From positions 160,001 through 224,000 of the forward strand of contig CAXXJS010000040.1 in NCBI GenBank assembly GCA_963662665.2: 64,000 nt of DNA. The letters are read 5' to 3'. Positions 18,487 to 28,170 of this stretch are shown here, piece after piece. The notes beneath the pieces were generated by a model. That model had not been told where the DNA came from. It did no database searches and saw only the letters and a program-made list of their open reading frames with translations. The stretch is from Candidatus Latescibacterota bacterium (GTDB taxonomy: Bacteria > Latescibacterota > UBA2968 > GCA-2709665). The position numbers and the translations under genes are program-made. Position 1 is the first letter of the stretch; the number at the start of each line of letters is the position of its first letter.

Positions 18487-21400
18487 TTGGGGCTTATGAT
18501 TGAATATTTAACCGCAGTTACCCCGGCGGCGTGGCCGGCGACGGGCATATTCCTCTTATTGCTCGTCGGCATGCCGCGACGGGGCAATGCGTCGGGTGCG
18601 CGCGTCTACTATACCGATAACCGGCTGGACGTGGTCCGGCGCAATCTGGAGCACTATGAGTGGGCACGGGAGCATCGCTCTGCCATCATGAACAAAGCGG
18701 AGCATTGGGCTGGCTACAACGACGGGAAGCTGCGCACGCTCGTTTCGCCGCCCAGGGTACCGCGGGGATATCAGGTACATAACGACGGGTGTCCCGTACA
18801 CGGCGTGAAGGTCCACGAACAGGGACTTTACAGGTGGATTATAGATTTCGACAGTCCCTACAAGATAACGTGTCCAGTGGGCGGAGAGTCGTATCCATCG
18901 AACGATTTCGAGGCTTTTCTGGCCACCGGCATGGAAGACAGGTCCTTGCTGACCGGCCCGTACGCCGACGACGGCTGGGGATGGCATCGTCCTGGAGACC
19001 CGGTGCCGGCCAACTACTGGTTTGTGGCCTACTACGCCCACTGGAGTATGATGCGGTTTCTGATGGAGGCAATCGAAGTCCTGGGACAGGCGACCGTGCT
19101 TGCTGACGATGACGACAATGCGAGAGAGTACGCCCACAAATGTGCGCTTCTGCTATGGCAACTTGCGGAGCATTATCCGGACTACAAGTACGAACGACAG
19201 TCGCGGGAATCGAAGGAGCACAATCCCGAATACACCGGCAAGTTATTCAATATGATCTGGGCAACGCGCCCCCCTCATACGTGCGCGATCGCGTACGATG
19301 CGGTGCGCCCCTTTCTGAACGCCGACGTGGAACTCCAGGGCATCTCTGGCAATACAGGCGCGGAGATTGACTCGAAGATCCGCGAGCGGCTGCTCCTCGA
19401 GGCCGCCAGGTGCATTTTGGACGCGCCAGGCGGGCGAATCAGGGGTAACTACGGGATGCATCAGAAGGCGCTGCTGACGCTGGCGCAGGTACTGGCGACC
19501 TCCGAGGGTCGCCCGCGCAGCGAAGAAATGGTTCAGTACGTTCTGGCCAACCCGAACCCCACCCGCGATACCGATATGGGTTTGCGGGATGCGCTTGAAA
19601 ACCTGGTGTACCGCGACGGAATGCCGCATGAGTCGCTCTCATACAATCGAATCTGGGTGCACGACTTAACGGAACTGGCCGCCCTGATGGTGGATACGGG
19701 CGTGAATCTGTTTGAGCACCCGCGGTACGGGAAACTGGTCACATGGGCGTTTGACGTCTGCATTGCGGGGAAGTTCACCCCCTCCACCGGAGATTCCGGC
19801 GATATGTTCGCGCACGGAGGCGCCTGGGAGCCTGCCGTATGCCAGCTCGCGCTTCCGCATGTCAGCGATGCCCGCCTCGCGTGGGTGCTGAAGACGCAGC
19901 CGGGGGTCCGACAGGACCTCTTCAGCAGCCCGGTAGAGGAGCGGCTTTCGGAACTGCCTGAAGGCGAAGCGCCCGAGATCGGTCTGCGGTCGTTCCATTT
20001 TCCGGCGTATGGAATGGCCAACCTGCAGTGCGGCGATGAAACGAACCGGTCGGCCGTTTCGTTCTTTTATGGTGACCACCAGGCCCACCGGCATTTCGAC
20101 CAGTTGAACATCCTGTTCTTTTCGTACGAAAACGCGCTGCTGACCGATATCGGGTACCCGGAACAGACGGACGCCTTCAACCACAGGCTCGCGGGTTTTT
20201 TCACCAATACGGTCGCGCACAATACAGTTGTCGTTGATGAAGTCAGGCAGGGACGCGGACCCGGGCGGCTGCACGGGCTGGTTGGAGAGGGTTTCGCCCA
20301 GGTTGTGGATGCGTCCTGCGATGGCGCCTATGAGGGGAAGGTCGAGCTCTACCGGCGGGCCAATATGCTTGTTGAGTCGTCTCCGGGATGCCACTACCTT
20401 TTCGACGTATTCTACGTGAACGGTGGCAGGCAGCACGACTACGTGCTTCACGGAAATCAGGCGGAATTCGCCTGCCGGCCGGCGCTGGGACCCGTTCGGG
20501 AGACAGGGACGCTGGCGGGTGAGGACGTTCCATACGAGCAGTTCTACGACGATCCCGAATTGAAGGACAAGCGATTGTCCAGTGTGCCCTACAGAGGATA
20601 CCGGGGCAGCGGCTACCAGTTTCTTTACAACGTGCAGACCGGGAATCTGAACGCTGAGGGGATTGCCGACTGGCGGCTTACGGAACCCCTGGAGGGTCAG
20701 CCGGAACGTCCGTGGCAGGGCATTGGACTTCGAGCGCATTTAATGGGAAAGAACGAGGAACTCTTCGCGTGCGAAGGACCGGTGCAGAAATACGAATACC
20801 TGCCCGAAAGCGTGAAGTTCCTCGTACGCCGGCGAACCGGCCCCAATCTGTCCAGCCTGTTCGCCACGGTGTTCGAACCCTATAAGGACAAGACATGGAT
20901 CCGAAGTGCGACGCGGATCGAACTGACGCCGGACGGGTTAGGGGCGGCCGCGGTCCGGTTGGACCTGGAAGACGGCAGCGTGCATTATCTGTTCCACGCC
21001 CTGGACGCGAACCGGGCATATTCAATGGAGAACGGAATCAGTGTATCAGGACAGATGGCGTTTCTGGCCATAAACGAACGGGGACGTCCCGCCCGGGCGA
21101 TGCTGTTCAACGGGAGAATGCTGGCAATGGACGGTTTGCGGCTGGAGGGAAACGGTATGCGCCGCAGCCGGATCGCGTCCGTGGATTACCCGCGGGGGAC
21201 AATCTGGCTTACGGACGCCGTGATCGAGGATACACTCCGGCCCGGACAGGCAATTCCGGTGGTTTCGGATGGATTCTCGGACAGCCTGACACTGTCTGAA
21301 GTGATTGACCGGCGGAGATTTTCTATCGGGGACGAAGATGTGAACGTGGCCGGCGGACCGGTGTTGGATACAAGAGCAGACCGCCTTCTCACGAGCGCGT

Positions 21401-21645
21401 CCAATCCGCACGCGCGTGAGGGAATGACCCTGTTGAACGCCCGGGGCGAACCACAGGGACGGCTGGCCGGCAAGGTGGACGGCGGGTGGCGGATCGACCG
21501 CGAGGGCAGGGCGCCGCTGACAATGGAAGACTTTCCAGTGGCCGACGGCGACGCCGGACCCCGGTATTCTGTCGCGATGGTCGGCGCAGGCGATTGGCTG
21601 GAGATTCCGGACCTGGTGCTATATTCAGACGGCGACGGTTCTTGA
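18487..21645 (+). CDS. Heparinase II/III-family (polysaccharide lyase-like) protein; start uncertain (ATG at 18571 possible)
   Basis: DGMPHESLSYN, HRHFDQLNI, DIGYP, AHNTVVVD motifs. Confidence 0.8.
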   Translation: MGLMIEYLTAVTPAAWPATGIFLLLLVGMPRRGNASGARVYYTDNRLDVVRRNLEHYEWAREHRSAIMNKAEHWAGYNDGKLRTLVSPPRVPRGYQVHNDGCPVHGVKVHEQGLYRWIIDFDSPYKITCPVGGESYPSNDFEAFLATGMEDRSLLTGPYADDGWGWHRPGDPVPANYWFVAYYAHWSMMRFLMEAIEVLGQATVLADDDDNAREYAHKCALLLWQLAEHYPDYKYERQSRESKEHNPEYTGKLFNMIWATRPPHTCAIAYDAVRPFLNADVELQGISGNTGAEIDSKIRERLLLEAARCILDAPGGRIRGNYGMHQKALLTLAQVLATSEGRPRSEEMVQYVLANPNPTRDTDMGLRDALENLVYRDGMPHESLSYNRIWVHDLTELAALMVDTGVNLFEHPRYGKLVTWAFDVCIAGKFTPSTGDSGDMFAHGGAWEPAVCQLALPHVSDARLAWVLKTQPGVRQDLFSSPVEERLSELPEGEAPEIGLRSFHFPAYGMANLQCGDETNRSAVSFFYGDHQAHRHFDQLNILFFSYENALLTDIGYPEQTDAFNHRLAGFFTNTVAHNTVVVDEVRQGRGPGRLHGLVGEGFAQVVDASCDGAYEGKVELYRRANMLVESSPGCHYLFDVFYVNGGRQHDYVLHGNQAEFACRPALGPVRETGTLAGEDVPYEQFYDDPELKDKRLSSVPYRGYRGSGYQFLYNVQTGNLNAEGIADWRLTEPLEGQPERPWQGIGLRAHLMGKNEELFACEGPVQKYEYLPESVKFLVRRRTGPNLSSLFATVFEPYKDKTWIRSATRIELTPDGLGAAAVRLDLEDGSVHYLFHALDANRAYSMENGISVSGQMAFLAINERGRPARAMLFNGRMLAMDGLRLEGNGMRRSRIASVDYPRGTIWLTDAVIEDTLRPGQAIPVVSDGFSDSLTLSEVIDRRRFSIGDEDVNVAGGPVLDTRADRLLTSASNPHAREGMTLLNARGEPQGRLAGKVDGGWRIDREGRAPLTMEDFPVADGDAGPRYSVAMVGAGDWLEIPDLVLYSDGDGS

Positions 21646-22649
21646 TGGCAGGCCGGCAGAGGACGACCACCGCGCTCAACGAGGTCCGCCGGAAGGGCGT
21701 TGCATGGTTGATGAGACACCTGAATGCAGACGGCTCTGTAGGAGATCCGGCCGAAGGTTTCCACGTTTACAGGGCACCGTGGACGTTTTCGATTGTTGGC
21801 GAATCCGGTGCGGCCGCCGGGGTCTGCGACTGGATCCGGCGGGAGATGTTGACCGGGGAGGGGAGAATCGAAGGGCCGTATCGCGTATTCAACGACGCGT
21901 ACGCCTATCGGAATGCCACACTGATTGTGGGTGCGCATCTCGCTCGGCAGTATGATCTGAGCTATGGGTTGATGCCTGATTTACTTTCCTGGCAGGACAG
22001 CGCTTCAGGCGGTTTTCGCAACGACCGCAGGTTGGACGGCGGCATGAGCGACCGCATGGATATTCCTTACGCGTGCGGTCCCGGATTGGCGTGCCTGGCG
22101 ACCGGTCGCCTGGATATCGCGCGATCGGTTTACCGGTTCCTGCGGCGGATTTACTGTGCGCAGACGGATTTGCCCGAACGGTTCCACTATGCCTGGGCGT
22201 GCGGAAAAGGTGGTGTGATTACCGATTTTCCGGATGCCGATGGCTTCTGGCACGTGGTGGAGAACCGGGTGGACCGGCCGCAGCGCTGGACCATTGGCGG
22301 CATCGCGGCCGGGTTCCTTTGCCGGCTTTACCTCGCGGACCCGCGCCCTGAATACCTGGCGCTTGCGCGGCGTTATCAGGCCTTCTCGATGGCGGCCACG
22401 GACGCGCAGTTCAAGTATGCCCAGGTCTGCAAGAGCAGTTGGGGAAGTTCTCTCCTGTATCAGCTTACCGGCGAACGTGCGTACCTGGACTGGACCTGCC
22501 GCATGGGCGATTGGTACACACAGACCCAGAATCCGCAAGGGTGCTGGTTCTGGCCGGGATACGATACATTGGGCTCGCGTATCGAACTGACGCTGGAATT
22601 CGTCATGCACGTGGACACGCTGATCGGCGGCCTGGCGTCCCGGACGTAA
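21645..22649 (+). CDS. Hypothetical alpha/alpha-barrel protein (prenyltransferase/cyclase-like QW motifs)
   Basis: GVAWLMRHLNADGS, LLSWQD..SGGF, QTQNPQGCW; TGATG overlap with the lyase gene. Confidence 0.6.
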   Translation: MAGRQRTTTALNEVRRKGVAWLMRHLNADGSVGDPAEGFHVYRAPWTFSIVGESGAAAGVCDWIRREMLTGEGRIEGPYRVFNDAYAYRNATLIVGAHLARQYDLSYGLMPDLLSWQDSASGGFRNDRRLDGGMSDRMDIPYACGPGLACLATGRLDIARSVYRFLRRIYCAQTDLPERFHYAWACGKGGVITDFPDADGFWHVVENRVDRPQRWTIGGIAAGFLCRLYLADPRPEYLALARRYQAFSMAATDAQFKYAQVCKSSWGSSLLYQLTGERAYLDWTCRMGDWYTQTQNPQGCWFWPGYDTLGSRIELTLEFVMHVDTLIGGLASRT

Positions 22650-22661
22650 GAAGGAGGCGAA

Positions 22662-23675
22662 TTGCGCGTGCTTGTGACCGGAGCAACGGGCCGGATCGGA
22701 CGGCGCCTGGTACGTGCGCTGGCCGAGGCAGGGCATACCGTCCGGGCGCTTGTTTTGCCTCGGGACCAACGGGCGGCGGGTCTGGCGCCGGACGTTGAAG
22801 TCGTTTTCGGACGGCTCGAAGAACCTGCCTCGCTCGAACCCGCGGTTGACGGCGCGGAGGCCGTTTTTCACCTCGCGGGCGCTCTGACGTCACGAGGCTG
22901 CAGTGAGGAAGAATTCGTCCGGGTGAACGTCCAGGGCACGTTCAATCTGTTGAAGACCGTGCGCGACCGGACGGCATCGCTCCTGCACTTTGTCTACGCC
23001 AGCAGCGATGCCGTCTATTTCGAGAGATCGGATGCGGACGCCAGGTACCTGCCCGTGGACGAAGACTATCCCCTGCTGGCGGGATCGGTTTACGGCGCCA
23101 GCAAGATTGGCGCGGAGGAACTCTGCCTGAGTTTCCACCGCGGCTTCGGGGTTCCCGCGACGGTCCTGCGATTTGGCGCAACGGCAGATGCCATGGAGCT
23201 TGTCAATCCGGAGAGCGTGTTCGCTCGCTGGCTGTTTCTGCGCGCTGCGATTGATCACACCAGGGTAATGACGACGGCGAACGGCGCGCAATCGAAGACG
23301 CGAGCGGCTCTGGAATCGTTGCAATCCGGTGGAGAACAGCTTGTCGTCTACGCCGATTGCGACGGCAACCCCGAGGTCCGGCAGTGGGCGGACGCGCGCG
23401 ATATCGCCGCGGGATGCATCCGCGTCCTGGGGACGGCGGCGGCGGTGGGACAGACTTTCAATCTGGGGGGGTGCGAACCGCATTGTGCGGAGGAGTTCAT
23501 TGTGTTTCTGGCAGAACGCCTGGAATTGCCGCATGTAAAGGCCTGCATTCGCACCGCGCGACGGCCCTGGTATATCACCAGCGACAGGGCGGCACGCGTG
23601 CTGGGCTATGAAGCCCGGTACACAGTGTACGATATGGTGGAGGACGCAATTCGGATGCGGGAGACGCCGGCATGA
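22662..23675 (+). CDS. NAD-dependent epimerase/dehydratase
   Basis: VTGATGRIG, HLAG, NVQGT, YGASK. Confidence 0.9.
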   Translation: MRVLVTGATGRIGRRLVRALAEAGHTVRALVLPRDQRAAGLAPDVEVVFGRLEEPASLEPAVDGAEAVFHLAGALTSRGCSEEEFVRVNVQGTFNLLKTVRDRTASLLHFVYASSDAVYFERSDADARYLPVDEDYPLLAGSVYGASKIGAEELCLSFHRGFGVPATVLRFGATADAMELVNPESVFARWLFLRAAIDHTRVMTTANGAQSKTRAALESLQSGGEQLVVYADCDGNPEVRQWADARDIAAGCIRVLGTAAAVGQTFNLGGCEPHCAEEFIVFLAERLELPHVKACIRTARRPWYITSDRAARVLGYEARYTVYDMVEDAIRMRETPA

Positions 23676-24439
23676 ACCTTGCGTGCTGTGTATGGGCCAT
23701 AGGGGGCTCCGAAAACGCGATCCCGGCGCGTGCGGCCGCATTGGGGTTCGAGTGGATCGACGTAAGGCCGTTCGCTTTTTCTTCGGACACAGCGCGGCGG
23801 AAACTCCGGGAGCGCGGGCTTTCGGTTTCCTGTGTCGCGGCATCGTTCGGAATGCCGGAAGACGCAAGACTGAGCAGTCCCGACCGGGACTCCCGAACGG
23901 GAGCCGCGTCCTATCTCGATAGGACGCTGGCCTATGGCGCCGCTCTGGGCGCGTCCGCCGCCTACGTCGTTCCGGATGAAGACCCGTCGTCTCTGGACAG
24001 ATATGCGGAGGAATTGAAGAAGCTGGCGGAACGGGGAGACGAAATGGGAGTGCGAGTATGCGTGGAACATTTCCCGGGTTCCGCGCTGCCCACGGCATTT
24101 GGGACGATCGCGTTCCTGCGGGAAGTCGGGCATCCCAACCTGTTCCTGCTGCTTGATATCGGCCACGCGCAGATGTCCGGGGAAGATCCGGCAGCGGTGA
24201 TTTCGGACGCGGGGCCCCTGCTCGGTTACGTCCATCTGGACGACAACGACGGATCGCGCGACTTGCATCTGGGTTTGACTGACGGAATTCTGACCGAAGC
24301 GGTGCTGGTCGATTGCATTGCCGCGTTGAGGAATATCGCATACAGGGGGAATCTGAGTCTGGAACTACACCCCGGATTGCCGGATCCTCTCGACGCGCTC
24401 AGGCGAAGCCGAAAGATTGCGCTTCGCGCAATGCATTAG
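23672..24439 (+). CDS. Sugar phosphate isomerase/epimerase (TIM barrel)
   Basis: CVEHFP, LLDIGH, VHLDDNDG..DLH, SLELHP. Confidence 0.85.
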   Translation: MNLACCVWAIGGSENAIPARAAALGFEWIDVRPFAFSSDTARRKLRERGLSVSCVAASFGMPEDARLSSPDRDSRTGAASYLDRTLAYGAALGASAAYVVPDEDPSSLDRYAEELKKLAERGDEMGVRVCVEHFPGSALPTAFGTIAFLREVGHPNLFLLLDIGHAQMSGEDPAAVISDAGPLLGYVHLDDNDGSRDLHLGLTDGILTEAVLVDCIAALRNIAYRGNLSLELHPGLPDPLDALRRSRKIALRAMH

Positions 24440-24556
24440 TGAACCACGCGACCGGCCCGGACGATTTCGGCTCCTGCCGAAATTCTGTCTTGCCAGTGGT
24501 AACTGAATCGAATAAACGAAATCATGGGCCGTCGAATCAGGCTTGAGGAGGCCGGG

Positions 24557-25666
24557 ATGCGAACCGACAGTGACAGCGTCTACCTGTATCGAGTCGATAT
24601 CAAGGGAAACGAGGCGCCATTCGAGGCATACAGGGACCTTGCCCTTGAGGCGCTGCGGCGCGTGGACCTCGCGCTGCCCGAAGAGGGAACAGTACTGCTC
24701 AAGCCGAATGCAACGGTCCTGTTTCCCGCAAAGAAACGAATTGTAACCCATCCGGGCTTTCTGGCGGGCATGGCCGACGCGCTCGTGGAGAAAGGCGTGG
24801 ACGCCGGCAGACTGGTGGTTGCGGACGGACAATCCGGCGAACAGCCTGATAATGGAAATACCTGGAAGGGCGCCGGGTACACGATGATGGCGGACAGCAG
24901 AAAACTGACGTTGACCCCGTTGAACGACCGCCCCGGCCGAAACGTCCCGGTGCCGGGCGGTGTGGTATTCGAAGCCTATCCGATTTATCGGGACGTGACG
25001 GACTGCGCGTTCTTTTTCAATGTGCCGCTGGCGAAGTGCCACAACCTGGGATGTACGACCCTGGCAATCAAGAACCTGATGGGAGTCCTGGCGCGGCCGG
25101 AGCGGCATTTGTGTCATATACAGGACGTCGACAAGCCGCACGAAAACGGGATCTGGCGTCTCACGGAGAGTGGCTTGAGTCTGTTCGAAGATCGTTTTTA
25201 CCACAAATTGTGCGACCTGGTGGCCGCCCTGCGTTCACTGAACATTCCGCGTCTTTGTATGGTGGACGGGTTGGTAGGAAGAGATGGCACCGCGTTCAAC
25301 GAGGGCGAGAATTACCCGCTGGGGTGGACCCTGATTGGCGAGAACGAGGTCCACGTCGATGCCGTTGCGACGTTTCTTATGGGGCTCGATCCCGGGACAA
25401 CGCCCTACCTGAAATTCGCCGCCTCGCGCGGACTGGGCAGCAACCGGGTGGAAGAGATCGAAGTCGTTGATCTGGCCGGCGGCGAACCGATGGATATGCA
25501 TGCGCTGGAGGCGGTGCGTTCAAGTGAGACGTTGATGCCGATCGCCCGTTTCGAAGGCGGCTATTACGATCGGTACCGGGCCGACGGTTCTGTTGTGCCC
25601 TGGCGGATTGACGATGTAAACAGGCAGCGAGGTGCAGACGGCCTGGATGCTATTGCGGTGTCGTGA
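24557..25666 (+). CDS. DUF362 domain protein
   Basis: VLLKPN, VTHP, NVPLAKCH...TLAIKNLMG, VDAVA..LMG. Confidence 0.85.
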   Translation: MRTDSDSVYLYRVDIKGNEAPFEAYRDLALEALRRVDLALPEEGTVLLKPNATVLFPAKKRIVTHPGFLAGMADALVEKGVDAGRLVVADGQSGEQPDNGNTWKGAGYTMMADSRKLTLTPLNDRPGRNVPVPGGVVFEAYPIYRDVTDCAFFFNVPLAKCHNLGCTTLAIKNLMGVLARPERHLCHIQDVDKPHENGIWRLTESGLSLFEDRFYHKLCDLVAALRSLNIPRLCMVDGLVGRDGTAFNEGENYPLGWTLIGENEVHVDAVATFLMGLDPGTTPYLKFAASRGLGSNRVEEIEVVDLAGGEPMDMHALEAVRSSETLMPIARFEGGYYDRYRADGSVVPWRIDDVNRQRGADGLDAIAVS

Positions 25667-25700
25667 TCCGGCTCACCTGTTGATTTGAATGGAGATTGGG

Positions 25701-28133
25701 ATGAACCGGACCACTGAAGCGTCCGAATTCCGCATGCCGCCGGGCGAGATCGCGACGATTCTGGATGCGCCAGCCACGCCGGACATCAGCGTCGACCCCA
25801 AAGGGCGGTGGATACTCGTTCTCGCGAAACCGAGCCTACCCCCCATCTCGGAATTGGCCCGACCGGAGTTGCGCCTGGCGGGCCTGCGCATCGATCCTGG
25901 CGCCAACGGGCTCAGCCGGTCGGGTTACTATACGGGACTGACGCTATTGCGGATTGCCGACGGATTGCAGCGCCCGGTGACGGGTCTGCCGAAAGACGGA
26001 CGCATCGGGTCGCCGCAATGGGCGCCGGACGGGCGCCGTCTTGCTTTTACCGTTCGTGACGGATCGGGGATCAGGCTGTGGTGGGCCGGCGTGGACTCAG
26101 GTGAGGCGCGGCAGGTGTCCGATATCCGATTGAACGGCATCTTCGGCGCGCCGTTCGCCTGGATTCCGTCCGGACCGGACCGCATCCCTTCGCTGATCGT
26201 CCGGGCGGTTCCGGATGAACGGGGTGAAGTCCCCCGGGCGCCCCGGGTTCCACGGGGTCCCGAGATCCGGGAAAATACGGGCCAACCGGCGCCGTCGCGA
26301 ACCTATCAGGACCTGTTGCAGGGAGCGCACGACGAAACGCTATTCAAATACTATGCGACCTCCAGGCTGGTTGTGATTGCATTGGGTGGAAGTGAGCGGG
26401 ACGTGGGCGCCCCGGGAATTATCCGCCGGGCGGAGCCGGCGCCGGGAGGCGCCCATCTGCTGGTGGAGACCCTCCACCGGCCATATTCGTACCTGGTGCC
26501 GCACTATAGGTTTCCGGTTCGGGTTGAAGTATGGAATATGGACGGCCGGTTGATTCGCGAACTGGTGGATGCGCCCCTGGCGGAAAATGTACCCATCGCG
26601 TTCGATGCCGTACCCGAGGGACCGCGCTCGTTCGGTTGGCGTAACGACGCGGAGGCGACGGTGTGCTGGGTGGAGGCGCAGGATGGCGGCGACCCGGCCG
26701 TACAGACGGACGTGCGGGATCGCGTGTACGCGCTATCCGAACCCTTCGATCGCGCACCCGCGTTGTTACAGTCTCTCGAGATGCGGTACGCCGGATTGAC
26801 GTGGGGCGACGGCGCGATGGCGCTGGTGACCGAACGCTGGTGGCAGACACGCCGGACCAGGACCTGGCGGTTTGCCCCGGACGCGGTATCCGATGACCGC
26901 AAACTGCTTGTCGACCGGTCGTGGGAAGACCGGTACGGCGATCCGGGAACGCCGCTGCTGACGTCAAATCCCGCGGGGCGGCGGGTGTTGCTGACGGGTG
27001 GCGGCGGCAGGCATCTTTTCCTGGCGGGCGGCGGGGCATCTCCGGAGGGGGATTTCCCGTTCCTGGACAGGCTCGACCTGAATACGAAATCGACGGAGCG
27101 GATCTGGCAGTGCGAACCGCCGTACTATGAACAACCCGTCAGCCTGAATACGAAATCGACGGAGCGGATCTGGCAGTGCGAACCGCCGTACTATGAACAA
27201 CCCGTCAGATTGATCGATAAGGCCGATGGCGTGCTGTTGACGTTGCGCGAATCGGCCCAGAGCCCGCCAAACGTGTTCTTGAGGGCGCTCAAGACCGGAG
27301 ACATCCGGCAACTGACCGCACTTCCCCACCCGGCGCCGCAACTGTCGAAAGTGCGAAAGGAAATCATCCGGTACCGGCGGGCAGACGGGGTTGGCCTGAA
27401 CGGCACCCTTTATCTGCCTCCGGGGTATTCCGAGGAGCAGGGTCCGCTGCCCTTGCTGATGTGGGCGTACCCTCGCGAGTTCAGGAGCGCCGATGCCGCC
27501 GCGCAAGTCACCGGCTCTCCGCATCGATTTACACGCGTGACCTGGACAACGCCCCTGCCCTGGTTGACGCAGGGATATGCGGTCCTGGACGGACCCACGA
27601 TGCCAGTTGTGGGAGTAGACGGCGCGGAAGCCAACGATTCGTACATAACGCAGCTCGTATCCAGCGCCGAGGCGGCGGTGGAGGAAGTCGTGCGCCGGGG
27701 GATTGCGGACCGGAAACGCATTGCGATCGGAGGACATTCCTATCGCGGTTTTATGACGGCAAACCTCCTGGCGCATTGCAATCTGTTTGCGGCGGGCATC
27801 GCCAGGAGCGGCGCATACAACCGTACCCTGACGCCTTTCGGATTCCAATCGGAGGAACGCACGTTCTGGCAGGCGCCGGAGGTCTATTTTGCGATGTCCT
27901 CATTCATGCACGCCGACAAAATCAAGTCGCCGTTGCTGTTGATTCACGGCCAGGCCGACAACAATTCCGGAACGTTTCCCATGCAGAGCGAGCGGCTATA
28001 CAACGCACTCAAGGGTCACGGCGCGACAACCAGACTCGTGATGCTTCCCCACGAGAGCCACGGCTATAGCGCGCGTGAATCGGTCATGCATGTGTTCTGG
28101 GAAATGACGGAATGGCTGGCACGCCACCTGTGA
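25701..28133 (+). CDS. S9 family (prolyl oligopeptidase-like) peptidase with an internal 22-aa duplication and an altered nucleophile elbow
   Basis: Beta-propeller plus hydrolase domain: GHSYRG, SGAYNRTLTPFGFQ, HGQADNNSGT, PHESH. Confidence 0.88.
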   Translation: MNRTTEASEFRMPPGEIATILDAPATPDISVDPKGRWILVLAKPSLPPISELARPELRLAGLRIDPGANGLSRSGYYTGLTLLRIADGLQRPVTGLPKDGRIGSPQWAPDGRRLAFTVRDGSGIRLWWAGVDSGEARQVSDIRLNGIFGAPFAWIPSGPDRIPSLIVRAVPDERGEVPRAPRVPRGPEIRENTGQPAPSRTYQDLLQGAHDETLFKYYATSRLVVIALGGSERDVGAPGIIRRAEPAPGGAHLLVETLHRPYSYLVPHYRFPVRVEVWNMDGRLIRELVDAPLAENVPIAFDAVPEGPRSFGWRNDAEATVCWVEAQDGGDPAVQTDVRDRVYALSEPFDRAPALLQSLEMRYAGLTWGDGAMALVTERWWQTRRTRTWRFAPDAVSDDRKLLVDRSWEDRYGDPGTPLLTSNPAGRRVLLTGGGGRHLFLAGGGASPEGDFPFLDRLDLNTKSTERIWQCEPPYYEQPVSLNTKSTERIWQCEPPYYEQPVRLIDKADGVLLTLRESAQSPPNVFLRALKTGDIRQLTALPHPAPQLSKVRKEIIRYRRADGVGLNGTLYLPPGYSEEQGPLPLLMWAYPREFRSADAAAQVTGSPHRFTRVTWTTPLPWLTQGYAVLDGPTMPVVGVDGAEANDSYITQLVSSAEAAVEEVVRRGIADRKRIAIGGHSYRGFMTANLLAHCNLFAAGIARSGAYNRTLTPFGFQSEERTFWQAPEVYFAMSSFMHADKIKSPLLLIHGQADNNSGTFPMQSERLYNALKGHGATTRLVMLPHESHGYSARESVMHVFWEMTEWLARHL
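27077..27208 (+). repeat. Perfect 66-bp in-frame tandem duplication
   Basis: CCTGAATACGAAATCGACGGAGCGG...GAACAACCCGTCAG occurs twice (27077-27142 and 27143-27208). Confidence 0.95.
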
Positions 28134-28170
28134 GTGACCACGAGAGCACCTCGATGGAGGGTTGACGGGA

